This document shows positions 9,531-19,159 of a stretch of 64,000 bases of DNA, in pieces. Positions within the stretch are counted from its first letter, which is position 1; each line of letters starts with the position of its first letter. The translations under genes and the position numbers were made by a program. Below the pieces are notes generated by a model, which saw nothing but the letters and a program-made list of their open reading frames with translations, was not told where the DNA came from and did no database searches. The DNA is from an uncultured Clostridia bacterium (GTDB lineage: Bacteria; Bacillota; Clostridia; TANB77; CAG-508): NCBI GenBank assembly GCA_944386755.1, contig CALXCF010000007.1:1970-65969 (forward strand), read 5' to 3'.

Positions 9531-10157
9531 TTATTTTGAGTAAAGCTCTACTATTAAATGTTCTTCGATTGGAATATCAATGTCTTCTCTAGCAGCTAAT
9601 CTGATTACTTTACCACTTAATTTTTCACTATCTCTTTCAAGCCATGCTGGAACTGGTCTTTTGCTAGATTCTTCAACATTTATTTTGATAGTAGCGTTAT
9701 CCTTTTTGTTTTCTCTTACTGTAATTACATCTCCTGCTTTTACTAAGTAAGATGGAATATCTACTTTTTTACCATTTACTTCGAATTGTGCATGGTTTAC
9801 AAATTGTCTAGCTTGTGCTCTTGATGTTCCGAAACCTAATCTATAAACAACATTATCTAATCTACTTTCTAATATTTGTAATAAGTTTTCACCTGTTACT
9901 CCTTTTTTATTAGAAGCCATTTCAAAATATTTTCTAAATTGTTTTTCTCCAACTCCATAATATGCTTTTGTTTTTTGTTTTTCTCTTAATTGTGTTCCGT
10001 ATTCAGAAAGTTTTGCTCTTTTTTGTCCGTGTTGTCCTGGTGCATAGTTTCTTCTTGAAATACTACATTTATCTGTGTAGCATCTGTCACCTTTTAAGAA
10101 CAATTTTTGCCCTTCTCTACGGCATATACGACATTGTTCGTCTTTATATCTTGCCAT
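9531..10157 (-). CDS. rpsD: 30S ribosomal protein S4
   Basis: [16 protein letters not shown].. S4 N-terminus plus an S4 RNA-binding domain. The ORF-track extension before 10157 is repeat-encoded. Confidence 0.95.
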   Translation of the reverse strand: MARYKDEQCRICRREGQKLFLKGDRCYTDKCSISRRNYAPGQHGQKRAKLSEYGTQLREKQKTKAYYGVGEKQFRKYFEMASNKKGVTGENLLQILESRLDNVVYRLGFGTSRAQARQFVNHAQFEVNGKKVDIPSYLVKAGDVITVRENKKDNATIKINVEESSKRPVPAWLERDSEKLSGKVIRLAAREDIDIPIEEHLIVELYSK

Positions 10158-10185
10158 TTTATATTTTACTCCTTTCTCTCTTTTT

Positions 10186-10270
10186 TTGACAAGGGACACA
10201 CCTTACCTTTTGGTCTTTCCCACTTGGGCTTAAGGAATGTCCCTTACCCTTATGAGAAAATGATTCTCCC
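10186..10270 (-). repeat. GBX-RP element copy 2
   Basis: ttgacaagggacacaccttaccttttggtctttcccacttgggcttaaggaatgtcccttacccttatgagaaaatgattctccc. Confidence 0.85.
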
Positions 10271-10297
10271 TTGTTTTATTTCGTCAATTTTTGAACT

Positions 10298-10693
10298 CTA
10301 TACCCTACGTCTTTTTGGTGGTCTACAACCATTATGTGGTATTGGTGTTACGTCTTTTATAGCACTTATTTCTAGACCTGCTGTTTGAAGTGCACGGATT
10401 GCAGCTTCTCTACCTGAACCAGGTCCTTTTACAAATACTTCTACTGTTTTTAATCCATGTTCCATAGCAGCTTTTGCAGCTGTTTCTGCTACTTGACCAG
10501 CAGCATATGGTGTGCTTTTTCTAGAACCTTTGAATCCTAATCCTCCAGCACTTCCCCATGAAATTGCATTTCCTTGTGTATCTGTAATTGTAACTATTGT
10601 ATTATTGAAACTAGAATGAATATGTGCTGCACCTTTTTCGATGTTTTTTCTATTTCTTCTAGCTACTTTTTTTGTTGTTACATTTTTAGCCAT
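10298..10693 (-). CDS. rpsK: 30S ribosomal protein S11
   Basis: [32 protein letters not shown]... ATG 10693 follows AAGGAGGAAAG. Confidence 0.95.
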   Translation of the reverse strand: MAKNVTTKKVARRNRKNIEKGAAHIHSSFNNTIVTITDTQGNAISWGSAGGLGFKGSRKSTPYAAGQVAETAAKAAMEHGLKTVEVFVKGPGSGREAAIRALQTAGLEISAIKDVTPIPHNGCRPPKRRRV

Positions 10694-10785
10694 TTTGCTT
10701 CTTTCCTCCTTACACAAATTTTCACTTTAAATTCTAATTAATTATTATTTTTAGTATATTCTTTAAATTTATGATTATCTACTTA

Positions 10786-10910
10786 TAAATTGATTAAAAG
10801 TAGTAAGATGTGCATTTTTGAAATGGATTACAAGCCGAAGGTGTACATATGTACATCGAGGTTTGGAATACATTACGAAAATGTGCAGATTGCTGCTTTC
10901 AATCGATTTA
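10786..10910 (+). repeat. LH element copy A (125-nt imperfect hairpin abutting the rpsM stop)
   Basis: Arms taaattgattaaaagtagtaagatgtgca.. and ..tgtgcagattgctgctttcaatcgattta around the apex ggtgtac-atat-gtacatc. Near-identical to 18131-18259. Confidence 0.85.
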
Positions 10911-10911
10911 G

Positions 10912-11283
10912 TTATGCTTTTTTGCTTTTGCTAACCAACTTTCTAGGACCTTTTCTTGTTCTAGCATTAGTTTTTGTTCTTTGACCTCTTACTGGAAGAC
11001 CTTTTCTATGTCTTAGTCCTCTATAACATCCAATTTCAGTAAGTCTTTTGATGTTAAGAGCAACTTCTCTTCTTAAATCACCTTCAACAGTATATGATTC
11101 ATCAATTACTTTTCTGATGTCATTTACTTGTTCGTCTGTTAAATCTTTAACTCTAGTATCTGGATTGATTCCAGCTTTTTCTAAGATTTTTCTAGAACTT
11201 GATACTCCTATACCATAGATATATGTAAGTCCTATTTCTACTCTTTTTTCTTTAGGTAAGTCAACTCCTGCTATACGAGCCAT
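10912..11283 (-). CDS. rpsM: 30S ribosomal protein S13
   Basis: [26 protein letters not shown]... ATG 11283 follows GGAGGTG. Confidence 0.95.
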   Translation of the reverse strand: MARIAGVDLPKEKRVEIGLTYIYGIGVSSSRKILEKAGINPDTRVKDLTDEQVNDIRKVIDESYTVEGDLRREVALNIKRLTEIGCYRGLRHRKGLPVRGQRTKTNARTRKGPRKLVSKSKKA

Positions 11284-11469
11284 GTTTTTTTGCACCTCCA
11301 TTGATTTTTTTATAATTTTTGGTTGTCCTTTATTTTTAAAGGTGAAATGCCACTGGTGTTTACCCCAGTCTCTTTAAAACTTCCAGACATATATATAAAC
11401 ACAAATCTGATATTAGAACTTTTCGTTCTCAGCCGCTACCAAAATTTGTGTTATGAACTTTTTTAAAGA

Positions 11470-11583
11470 CTATCCTTGTCTTTGTTTGTGTTTAGGGTTT
11501 TCACAAATAACTCTAATCACACCTTTTCTTTTTATTACTTTGCATTTGTCACACATTTTTTTAACTGATGGTCTAACTTTCAT
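11470..11583 (-). CDS. rpmJ: 50S ribosomal protein L36
   Basis: Hand translation gives [37 protein letters not shown]. The RBS GAGGAGGTG is upstream. Too short for the ORF track. Confidence 0.9.
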   Translation of the reverse strand: MKVRPSVKKMCDKCKVIKRKGVIRVICENPKHKQRQG

Positions 11584-11605
11584 TTTTTGCACCTCCTCTT
11601 TTCTA

Positions 11606-11683
11606 AAGACAGGGGACACTCCTTTTTCTTTTCGTCATCCACTCGGGTTAAGGAATGTCCCCTCCCCTTATGATTAAGTGTTT
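11606..11683 (-). repeat. GBX-RP element copy 3 (divergent distal end)
   Basis: aagacaggggacactcctttttcttttcgtcatccactcgggttaaggaatgtcccctccccttatgattaagtgtttac. Confidence 0.8.
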
Positions 11684-11744
11684 ACATTTATTTTTAGTCC
11701 TCTGTACTATATATATTTTTTTTGGGTTAATTTCTAACTTTATC

Positions 11745-11963
11745 CTATTTAGCTCTCCAAGTAATTCTTCCTCTAGTTAAATCATATGGAGAAAGTTCTA
11801 CTTTTACTTTATCTCCTGGTAATATTTTGATATAATTCATCCTTAGCTTTCCTGATATATGTGCTAATATTTGATGTCCATTTTCAAGTTCTACTTTAAA
11901 ATTTGTATTTGGTAAAGTTTCAACAACAGTACCCTCTACTTCAATAACATCCTCTTTTGCCAT
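11745..11963 (-). CDS. infA: translation initiation factor IF-1
   Basis: [30 protein letters not shown].., 72 aa. Confidence 0.95.
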   Translation of the reverse strand: MAKEDVIEVEGTVVETLPNTNFKVELENGHQILAHISGKLRMNYIKILPGDKVKVELSPYDLTRGRITWRAK

Positions 11964-12064
11964 TATCTCAACCTCCTTAAAGAGCTATTTTTCTAAGTTT
12001 CTTTCTCTTTTTTTGTGCAAAATAGGGCTATTTTGCATTATAACTACTATAGTATACACTATTT

Positions 12065-12835
12065 TTAAAGTATTGTCAATATTTCTGGCTCTTTTTCTGT
12101 AATTAAAATTGTATTTTCATAATGTGCTGCCAAACTTCCATCTTCTGTTATAATTGTCCAACCATCATCTAATTGTAATATATTGGGTTTTCCTTGTATT
12201 ACCATAGGTTCTATTGCAAGTGTCATACCAGGTTCTAACCTTATTCCTCTTCCTGCTTTTCCATAGTTTGGTATTCCTGGATCTTCATGCATTTCTCTTC
12301 CTATTCCATGACCTTGGAATTCTCTTACTACACTATATCCTTGTGAATGTACATATTCTCCAATTCTATGTGATACATCACCAATTCTATATCCTGGTTT
12401 TGCAAATTTTATTCCTTCAAAAAATGCCTGTTTTGTGACTTGTACTAATCTTTCAGCTTCTTTTGATGCTTTTCCTACTATAAAAGTTCTTGCTGCATCT
12501 CCATTAAATCCATTTTTTAGTGCTACTGTATCAATACTTACAATGTCACCTTCTCTAATTACTTTATTTTTAGATGGTATTCCATGTATAACTTCATCAT
12601 TTATTGAGACACACAAGGTTGCTGGATATGGTGGAACTCCTTTTATTCCTATATTATATCCTTTTTCTGCTGGTATTGCTCCTAAGCTTCTCATTGTTTT
12701 TTCTGCAATTTGGTCTAGCTCCCATGTTGTCATTCCTGGTTTTATTCTTTTTTCTAGTTCTTGATATGTTAGGGCTACTACTTTGCATGCTTCTTTCATT
12801 AGTTCTATTTCTTTTTTTGATTTTATTGTTACCAA
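12065..12835 (-). CDS. map: type I methionine aminopeptidase
   Basis: TIKSKKEIELMKEA.., metal ligands D..D..H..E..E pattern, 256 aa, TTG start. Confidence 0.9.
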   Translation of the reverse strand: MVTIKSKKEIELMKEACKVVALTYQELEKRIKPGMTTWELDQIAEKTMRSLGAIPAEKGYNIGIKGVPPYPATLCVSINDEVIHGIPSKNKVIREGDIVSIDTVALKNGFNGDAARTFIVGKASKEAERLVQVTKQAFFEGIKFAKPGYRIGDVSHRIGEYVHSQGYSVVREFQGHGIGREMHEDPGIPNYGKAGRGIRLEPGMTLAIEPMVIQGKPNILQLDDGWTIITEDGSLAAHYENTILITEKEPEILTIL

Positions 12836-12904
12836 TTTTCTCGTCTCCCTTTTTTTGAAAAATAATTTCTACTAGATTTTAAAATGTTACTAAATTTTAT
12901 TTTT

Positions 12905-13148
12905 GTTACAATCCACAGTCATTTTATACATTCTTTATAGCTAGGATATTATATTAAATAGTTTTGCAGTACCGCGTAGCACCCAAACGAGCTTTGTATA
13001 AAGCGAGTGCGATTGGAGCAACTTTCTTTCTATTAAAAGAAAAATGAATTTTTCTTTTAATAATAGGTCTGTTGCGACAACAAGGTACAAAAAATATTTA
13101 ATAAAATATCCTAGCTAATAAGAAATTGTTTCAACTATGGATTGTAAC
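12905..13148. repeat. 244-nt palindromic MITE-like insertion between map and adk
   Basis: Outer arms gttacaatccacagt.. and ..actatggattgtaac, inner arms ctaggatatt..aatatcctag, central sub-hairpin tattaaaagaaaaatgaatttttcttttaata. Confidence 0.75.
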
Positions 13149-13159
13149 TTATTTTTCAA

Positions 13160-13816
13160 CTAAAACGCTTTTGCTATATCTTCAGCAACATCCTTACCCA
13201 ATCTATTAATATCTTTGCTTACAACTTCTGTTCTTAAATTCCCTTTTTTTGTATAGTATTCTACTAATGGACTTGTTACATTTAAATAATTTTCAAGTCT
13301 CGCTTCTACTGTTTCTCTATTATCATCTTTTCTTTGTATTAATTCACTTCCACATTTGTCGCAAATTCCTTCGACTTTAGGTGGATTTAATATTAAATTA
13401 TATATTGTTTTACATTCTGGATTTGAGCATATTCTTCTGTTTATTATTCTTTCTATTATTTCCTCTTTTGGTGTAGTTAAATTAACTACCATGTCTACTT
13501 TTCTTCCTTGTTCTGCAAGCATTTTATCTAAAGCTTCTGCTTGTACAACAGTTCTTGGGAATCCGTCTAGTATAATTCCGTTTTTTACATCGTCTTCTTG
13601 TAATCTACTTTTTACTAAATCTATTGTTACATCATCTGGTACTAAATGTCCTTTTGATATATATTTATCCGCTAATTTTCCTAGTTCTGTTTGTTCTTTT
13701 ATGTGTTTTCTAAATATATCTCCTGTTGAAACTTGTGGTATTCCTAATTTTTGTGTTAGTATACCTGCAACAGTTCCTTTTCCTGTCCCTGGTGCTCCTA
13801 GCATTATTATTACCAT
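13160..13816 (-). CDS. adk: adenylate kinase (Zn-lid type)
   Basis: MVIIMLGAPGTGKGT P-loop and a CxxC..CxxC lid (CSNPEC..CDKCG). Confidence 0.9.
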   Translation of the reverse strand: MVIIMLGAPGTGKGTVAGILTQKLGIPQVSTGDIFRKHIKEQTELGKLADKYISKGHLVPDDVTIDLVKSRLQEDDVKNGIILDGFPRTVVQAEALDKMLAEQGRKVDMVVNLTTPKEEIIERIINRRICSNPECKTIYNLILNPPKVEGICDKCGSELIQRKDDNRETVEARLENYLNVTSPLVEYYTKKGNLRTEVVSKDINRLGKDVAEDIAKAF

Positions 13817-13939
13817 ACTTTTTAACACTTCCTTTGTTTTAATTTAGATTAAGTAAATATTTTATATCTTTAAAACATTTAATAATCTTTATCATATTTA
13901 TTATTATTAATACACATGATAAAAATTATTAAAATCTTT

Positions 13940-13993
13940 GTGAACTTAAGATTTTTTCGCATTATTAATAATGTAAAATCATCTTAAGTTCAC
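13940..13993. repeat. 54-nt hairpin between secY and adk
   Basis: 13-bp arms gtgaacttaagat / atcttaagttcac enclosing the palindrome cattattaataatg. Confidence 0.7.
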
Positions 13994-14024
13994 TATATTT
14001 TATTATCTATAACTCACAATTTTC

Positions 14025-15347
14025 TTACTTTTCTAAGAAACCTTTATAATGTCTCATTGCTAATTGTGATTCTAATTGTTGTACTGTCTCTAAAGCTACA
14101 CCTACAACGATTAATATTGATGTACCACCAAAAGCAATGTTTAGGTTTGTAAATCTTAATAGCATTGGAAGTATTGCTATCAATGCTAAGAAAAATCCTC
14201 CAAACCATGTTAATTTTGATATTATTGATGATAAATATTGAGTTGTTGGTTTTCCAGCTCTAATTCCTGGAATAAATCCACCATTTTTCTTGATATTATT
14301 TGATACTTCTGCTGGATTAAATGTAGCATAAGTATAGAAAAATGTGAATCCTATAATTAATAGTAAATAAACAATTGCATTTGCTATAGAATATCCAATT
14401 CCTACATTTGACGTTGATGTAGCAATTGAGAAATTATATAGTCCTGCTAAAAATCCTGTTTGATTTGCTATATCTGGTACAAATATTTGGATTATCATTG
14501 CTGGGAATGTCATAAATGATGAAGCAAAGATAACTGGCATAACTCCAGCCATAGCAAGTTTTAATGGTATATGAGTGCTTTGTGCACCAACCATTTTTCT
14601 TCCTACTACTTTCTTTGAATATTGTACAGGTACTCTTCTTTCCGCTTGTTGTACAAATACAACTCCTGCAACTAAGATTATTGCTCCAATTACTATACCA
14701 ATTGCAGTTAATAGTCCTGTTGTACTAAATCCTGATGCTGGCATAATTAAATTCCACAATGTTACTAATCCACTTGGTAAACCTGATATAATACCAATAA
14801 AGATTAATAATGATATTCCATTTCCTATTCCTTTTGCAGTTATTTGCTCTCCTAACCACATTAGGATGGATGTTCCTGTTACTAATCCTGTAACAACTAA
14901 TGCTCCTGTAAGGAATGAATCATCAACAAATATTCCTGCTGATCTATATGATAAATATAATCCAATTCCTTCTACTAAAGCTAATATAATTGTTAATATT
15001 TTTGTATATTTATTGATTTTTTGTCTTCCAACTTCTCCACCTTCTTTAGTTAGTCTTTCTAAAGCTGGTATTATCATTGCTAAAAGTTGGATTACTATTG
15101 ATGCTGTGATATATGGCGTAATTGACATTGCAAATACTGAGAATCTAGAGAACGCTCCTCCAGATATAATATCAATTAATCCTGCAATACCACTATTATT
15201 TCCCATTGCATCACTTAATGCTATGCTGTCTACTCCTGGTACTGTTATATAACATCCAAATCTGAAAACTACTATTAATAATAATGTATATAATAATCTT
15301 TTTCTAACATCTGGTGTTTTAAATGCATTTTTTATAGTTTTAAACAA
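14025..15347 (-). CDS. secY: preprotein translocase subunit SecY
   Basis: 440-aa polytopic membrane protein in the canonical position between rplO and adk. Confidence 0.95.
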   Translation of the reverse strand: MFKTIKNAFKTPDVRKRLLYTLLLIVVFRFGCYITVPGVDSIALSDAMGNNSGIAGLIDIISGGAFSRFSVFAMSITPYITASIVIQLLAMIIPALERLTKEGGEVGRQKINKYTKILTIILALVEGIGLYLSYRSAGIFVDDSFLTGALVVTGLVTGTSILMWLGEQITAKGIGNGISLLIFIGIISGLPSGLVTLWNLIMPASGFSTTGLLTAIGIVIGAIILVAGVVFVQQAERRVPVQYSKKVVGRKMVGAQSTHIPLKLAMAGVMPVIFASSFMTFPAMIIQIFVPDIANQTGFLAGLYNFSIATSTSNVGIGYSIANAIVYLLLIIGFTFFYTYATFNPAEVSNNIKKNGGFIPGIRAGKPTTQYLSSIISKLTWFGGFFLALIAILPMLLRFTNLNIAFGGTSILIVVGVALETVQQLESQLAMRHYKGFLEK

Positions 15348-15782
15348 TTAAATCACCTCAGCCTTTCCACCTAAAGCTTCGATTGCTTCTTTTGCCTTAG
15401 CTGTAAATTTAACGGCTTTAACGTTTAATTTTTTCTCTAATTTTCCAGTTGCTAAAACAACTATTCCATCATTTATTTTTCCGATTATTCCTTCTGCAAG
15501 TAAAGTTTCTGCTGTTACATCTGTTGCTTGTGATTTATTTAGCATTTTTAATGTTACTTCAGTGTAGTTTTTGCTATTAATGTTATTAAATCCTCTTTTT
15601 GGTAGTCTTCTATATAATGGTGTTTGTCCTCCTTCGAAGCCTCTTCTTACTCCTCCACCACTTCTTGCTTTTTGACCTTTATGTCCTCTTCCTGATGTTT
15701 TTCCATTTCCAGATGCAATTCCACGTCCTACTCTGTTTCTTTTTACTTTTTTTACAGCTGGTTTTAATTCGTCTAGCTTCAT
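15348..15782 (-). CDS. rplO: 50S ribosomal protein L15
   Basis: [42 protein letters not shown].. Confidence 0.95.
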   Translation of the reverse strand: MKLDELKPAVKKVKRNRVGRGIASGNGKTSGRGHKGQKARSGGGVRRGFEGGQTPLYRRLPKRGFNNINSKNYTEVTLKMLNKSQATDVTAETLLAEGIIGKINDGIVVLATGKLEKKLNVKAVKFTAKAKEAIEALGGKAEVI

Positions 15783-15804
15783 TTTCGGTTTTCCCTCCTA
15801 ACTT

Positions 15805-15888
15805 TTGTCAAGGGACTTTTCTTTACCCTAGGGACTTTCCACTCTGCATAAAGAGTTTCCCTTCCCCTTGTGAATAACTGATTCGCCC
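15805..15888 (-). repeat. GBX-RP element copy 4 (subfamily B, degenerate stem)
   Basis: ttgtcaagggacttttctttaccctagggactttccactctgcataaagagtttcccttccccttgtgaataactgattcgccc. Confidence 0.85.
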
Positions 15889-15922
15889 TTGCTTTTTTAT
15901 TCTTTTTTTGTTGTACAATTAA

Positions 15923-16408
15923 TTATACTATTTCTTCTACTTTTTTTCCTCTTTTTTTAGCAACTTGTTCTATTGTTTGCATTGATTTTAATCCTTCTAA
16001 TGTAGCATATACAACATTTCTTGGATTGTTTGTTCCTATAACTTTTGTTCTAATGTTTCTGTATCCAGCAAGTTCCATAACTGGTCTAACGCTTCCTCCT
16101 GCGATAATTCCAGTACCTACTGCTGCTGGTTTTAACATAACTTTTGCACTTCCAAACTTTCCTACATATTCATGTGGTACTGTTGTGTCAACTATTGGTA
16201 CTTCTACTAAGTTCTTTTTAGCTTCTTGGATTGCTTTTTTAATAGCATCTGGAACTTCTGCAGCTTTACCATTTCCAACTCCAACATGACCATTTTCGTC
16301 ACCAACTACAACTACTGCGCTGAAACGGAATGTTCTTCCTCCTTTTACAACTTTTGCAACTCTGTTGATGGCAACTACTTTTTCTTTTAATTCTCTTTTA
16401 TCTTCCAT
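15923..16408 (-). CDS. rpsE: 30S ribosomal protein S5
   Basis: ..[27 protein letters not shown].. Confidence 0.95.
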   Translation of the reverse strand: MEDKRELKEKVVAINRVAKVVKGGRTFRFSAVVVVGDENGHVGVGNGKAAEVPDAIKKAIQEAKKNLVEVPIVDTTVPHEYVGKFGSAKVMLKPAAVGTGIIAGGSVRPVMELAGYRNIRTKVIGTNNPRNVVYATLEGLKSMQTIEQVAKKRGKKVEEIV

Positions 16409-16431
16409 TGGTTTTTGTTTTCCCTCCTAAC

Positions 16432-16791
16432 TTAAAATTCTAAACCGCCTTCTCTTGCAGCTTCTGCTAATTCTTTTACAACTCCGTGATATATGTATCC
16501 ACCACGATCAAATACAACAGATTTGATATTTTTTTCCATTGCTCTTTTTGCAATTAATGCTCCAACTTCTTTAGCTGCTGCTTTATTTGAATGTTTAGTT
16601 TTGATTTCTTTATCTAATGTTGATGCTTGTGCTAAAGTTTTTCCTGCTACGTCATCAATTACTTGTACATATATATTGCTGTTGCTTCTATATACACATA
16701 GTCTTGGTCTTTCAGCAGTTCCAGATATTTTTCTTCTAACACGAATATGTCTTCTTGTTCTTTCCATTTTTCTATCTGTTTTCTTAACCAT
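16432..16791 (-). CDS. rplR: 50S ribosomal protein L18
   Basis: ..[35 protein letters not shown].. Confidence 0.95.
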   Translation of the reverse strand: MVKKTDRKMERTRRHIRVRRKISGTAERPRLCVYRSNSNIYVQVIDDVAGKTLAQASTLDKEIKTKHSNKAAAKEVGALIAKRAMEKNIKSVVFDRGGYIYHGVVKELAEAAREGGLEF

Positions 16792-16867
16792 TTTTAATTA
16801 CTCCTTTCTAAAAATTGAGCTATACTATTTATTTATAATAAAATTTTTATTTTTAATTATAATTTGA

Positions 16868-16909
16868 ATTTTGATTCAAAATGTGCATATTGCCGTTTTC
16901 AATCAAAAT
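16868..16909 (+). repeat. LH element remnant (right-arm-like) abutting the rplF stop
   Basis: attttgattcaaaatgtgcatattgccgttttcaatcaaaat resembles cgaaaatgtgcagattgctgctttcaatc of LH copies A and B. Confidence 0.6.
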
Positions 16910-16913
16910 TAAT

Positions 16914-17450
16914 TTATTTACCTGTTTTACCTTCCTTACGTCTAATAACTTCATCAGCATATTTAATACCTTTACCTCTATAAACTTCAGGTGGTCTTTT
17001 TGTTCTGATAACAGCTGCTGTTTGACCAACTAATTCTTTATCAATACCATTAACTATTATAGTATTTGCATTAGGTACATCAAAGCTGATTCCTTCAGGT
17101 GCTTCGAATATAACTGGATGTGAATATCCTAATGTTAAATTTAAGTTATTTCCTTGTTTTACAACTCTATATCCAACACCATTGATTTGTAATTCTTTGC
17201 TATAACCAGTTGTTACACCTATAATCATGTTTTGAATTAATGTTCTTGTTAAACCGTGTAAACTTTTGTTAGCTGGTTCGTCATTTATTCTTTTTAATGT
17301 TATAACATTTTCATTCATTTCCATTGTTATGTTTTTATGAATGTTTCTTTCTAATGTTCCTTTAGGTCCTGTTACAGTAATGTGTTGTCCATCTATTTTT
17401 ACTTGTACTTCTGCTGGTACTGTTATAGGTTTGTTTCCTATTCTTGACAT
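16914..17450 (-). CDS. rplF: 50S ribosomal protein L6
   Basis: MSRIGNKPITVPAEVQVKIDG... The ORF-track extension is repeat-encoded. Confidence 0.95.
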   Translation of the reverse strand: MSRIGNKPITVPAEVQVKIDGQHITVTGPKGTLERNIHKNITMEMNENVITLKRINDEPANKSLHGLTRTLIQNMIIGVTTGYSKELQINGVGYRVVKQGNNLNLTLGYSHPVIFEAPEGISFDVPNANTIIVNGIDKELVGQTAAVIRTKRPPEVYRGKGIKYADEVIRRKEGKTGK

Positions 17451-17472
17451 TTTAGTTTTCCCTCCTTCTTGG

Positions 17473-17556
17473 TTGACAAGGGACACTCTTTTACCCTAGG
17501 GACTTTCCACTCTGCTTAAAGAGTGTCCCTTCCCCGTATGAATAACTGATTCGCCC
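17473..17556 (-). repeat. GBX-RP element copy 5a (subfamily B, perfect 12-bp stem)
   Basis: ttgacaagggacactcttttaccctagggactttccactctgcttaaagagtgtcccttccccgtatgaataactgattcgccc. Confidence 0.9.
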
Positions 17557-17576
17557 TTGTTTTTATTTTCTTTTTT

Positions 17577-17630
17577 CACTTCCACTTAGTTTAAGGAATG
17601 TCCCCTCCCCGCGTGAATAGGTGATTGCCC
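17577..17630 (-). repeat. GBX-RP element copy 5b (distal half only, subfamily A)
   Basis: cacttccacttagtttaaggaatgtcccctccccgcgtgaataggtgattgccc, lying 20 nt from copy 5a. Confidence 0.8.
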
Positions 17631-17658
17631 TGCAATCTTATTTCTTCTATATTTATAA

Positions 17659-18057
17659 TTACCAAACGTAAGCTAATACTTCTCCACCAATTCCTAAAGC
17701 TCTTGCTTCTTTATCTGTTTTTAATCCTTTTGATGTAGAAATAATTGCTACTCCTAATCCATTTAATACTCTTGGTAATTCTTCTTTTGAAGCATATACT
17801 CTTAATCCTGGTTTACTGATTCTTTTTAAACCATCAATTACTCTTGTTCCTTTTTCATCATATTTTAATGTTATTCTGATAATACCTTGTGTATCATCTT
17901 TTATTTCTTCAAAAGATTTTATATATCCTTCTTTATATAATATTTCAGCTATTCCTAATTTCATATTTGATGCTGGAATATCAACTGTTTTATGTTTTGA
18001 ACTATTTGCATTTCTAATTCTTGTTAACATATCTGCAATTGGATCTGTAGTATTCAT
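17659..18057 (-). CDS. rpsH: 30S ribosomal protein S8
   Basis: ..[26 protein letters not shown].. Confidence 0.95.
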   Translation of the reverse strand: MNTTDPIADMLTRIRNANSSKHKTVDIPASNMKLGIAEILYKEGYIKSFEEIKDDTQGIIRITLKYDEKGTRVIDGLKRISKPGLRVYASKEELPRVLNGLGVAIISTSKGLKTDKEARALGIGGEVLAYVW

Positions 18058-18085
18058 TTAGTTACTAACCTCCTTTTCTTTCTTT

Positions 18086-18108
18086 TTGACAGGGTTAATG
18101 ATTCACCC
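18086..18108 (-). repeat. GBX-RP remnant retaining only both termini
   Basis: ttgacagggttaatgattcaccc equals the TTGACAGGG start joined to the TGATTC(G/A)CCC end of the full element. Confidence 0.65.
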
Positions 18109-18130
18109 TTTTTTTATTTTCATTAATTTG

Positions 18131-18259
18131 TTAAAACTGATTTAAAGTAGTGAGATGTGCATTTTTGTTATTTATTGCAAGCCGAAGGTGTACTATTGTA
18201 CATCGAGGTTTGAAATAAATAGCGAAAATGTGCAGATTGCTGCTTTTAATCTGTTTTAA
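18131..18259 (+). repeat. LH element copy B (129-nt imperfect hairpin abutting the rpsN stop)
   Basis: ttaaaactgatttaaagtagtgagatgtgca..gccgaaggtgtac-tatt-gtacatcgagg..tgtgcagattgctgcttttaatctgttttaa. Confidence 0.85.
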
Positions 18260-18445
18260 TTACCAGCTGGCTTTCTTAACCCCTGGAATCTCTCCCTTAT
18301 GAGCTAATTCTCTAAAACATACACGGCATATACCATATTTTCTAATATATGCATGTGGTCTACCACATAATTTACATCTATTATATTCTCTAGTTTTATA
18401 TTTTTGTGGTCTTGCTTGTTTTACTTTCATTGATTTTTTAGCCAT
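18260..18445 (-). CDS. rpsN: 30S ribosomal protein S14 type Z (zinc-binding)
   Basis: 61 aa, CKLCGR..CRVCFR. Confidence 0.95.
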   Translation of the reverse strand: MAKKSMKVKQARPQKYKTREYNRCKLCGRPHAYIRKYGICRVCFRELAHKGEIPGVKKASW

Positions 18446-18483
18446 AGTTTACTCCTTTCTTATCACAACTATATTATGTTTGC

Positions 18484-18606
18484 AAAATTAATTTAAAACA
18501 AGTATAACTAGGCAGTCAAGCTAAAAAACCGGAATCGTACTTTGTGTACGATGAGGATTTTTTATGCGTAGACTAACGACGTTAGACGCAGTTTAAAATT
18601 AATTTT
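18484..18606 (+). repeat. LH-like long hairpin overlapping the rplE stop
   Basis: Arms aaaattaatttaaaac.. and ..gtttaaaattaatttt. The apex ccggaatcgtac-tttgt-gtacgatgagg has the same architecture as LH copies A and B. Confidence 0.7.
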
Positions 18607-19138
18607 TAAAAGGCATTCCTAACAACTTTAACAACTCTCTTGATTCTTCATCAGTTTTAGCTGTTGTTACGAATATAATATCCATACCTCTTAATTTGTC
18701 TACTTTATCATATTCTATCTCAGGGAATATTAATTGTTCTTTAACTCCCATTGAGTAGTTTCCTCTTCCATCAAATGAGTTATTAGAAACTCCTCTAAAG
18801 TCTCTTACTCTTGGAAGTGCAACATTAAATAATTTATATGCAAAGTCATACATTTTGTCTGCTCTTAAAGTTACTTTACATCCAATGTTTGCTCCTTCTC
18901 TTAGTTTGAATGCTGCAATTGATTTTTTTGCTTTTGTTATTACTGGTTTTTGACCTGTAATTTGAGCTAAATCATTCATTGCATTTTCTAATGCTTTAGG
19001 ATTTTCTTTTAAATCTCCTAAACCAATGTTTATAACGATTTTGTCAAGTTTTGGTACTTGCATAATTGATTTATAATTGAATTTTTTCATTAATGCTGGG
19101 ATTACTTCATTTACATATTGTTCTCTTAATTTTTCCAT
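18599..19138 (-). CDS. rplE: 50S ribosomal protein L5
   Basis: ..[36 protein letters not shown].. Confidence 0.95.
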   Translation of the reverse strand: MEKLREQYVNEVIPALMKKFNYKSIMQVPKLDKIVINIGLGDLKENPKALENAMNDLAQITGQKPVITKAKKSIAAFKLREGANIGCKVTLRADKMYDFAYKLFNVALPRVRDFRGVSNNSFDGRGNYSMGVKEQLIFPEIEYDKVDKLRGMDIIFVTTAKTDEESRELLKLLGMPFKN

Positions 19139-19159
19139 TATTTAATTAATCCTCCTTCC

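Noticed and set aside
14575-15252. Long plus-strand ORFs antisense to secY, rpoA, rplQ, ftsY, uvrC and others (for example 14575..15252, 7891..8427, 35362..35997, 62429..63013).
   Set aside because: They mirror strongly supported minus-strand genes, have low-complexity S/F/L/I-rich products, lack RBS and have no motifs. They are typical shadow ORFs of AT-rich genomes.
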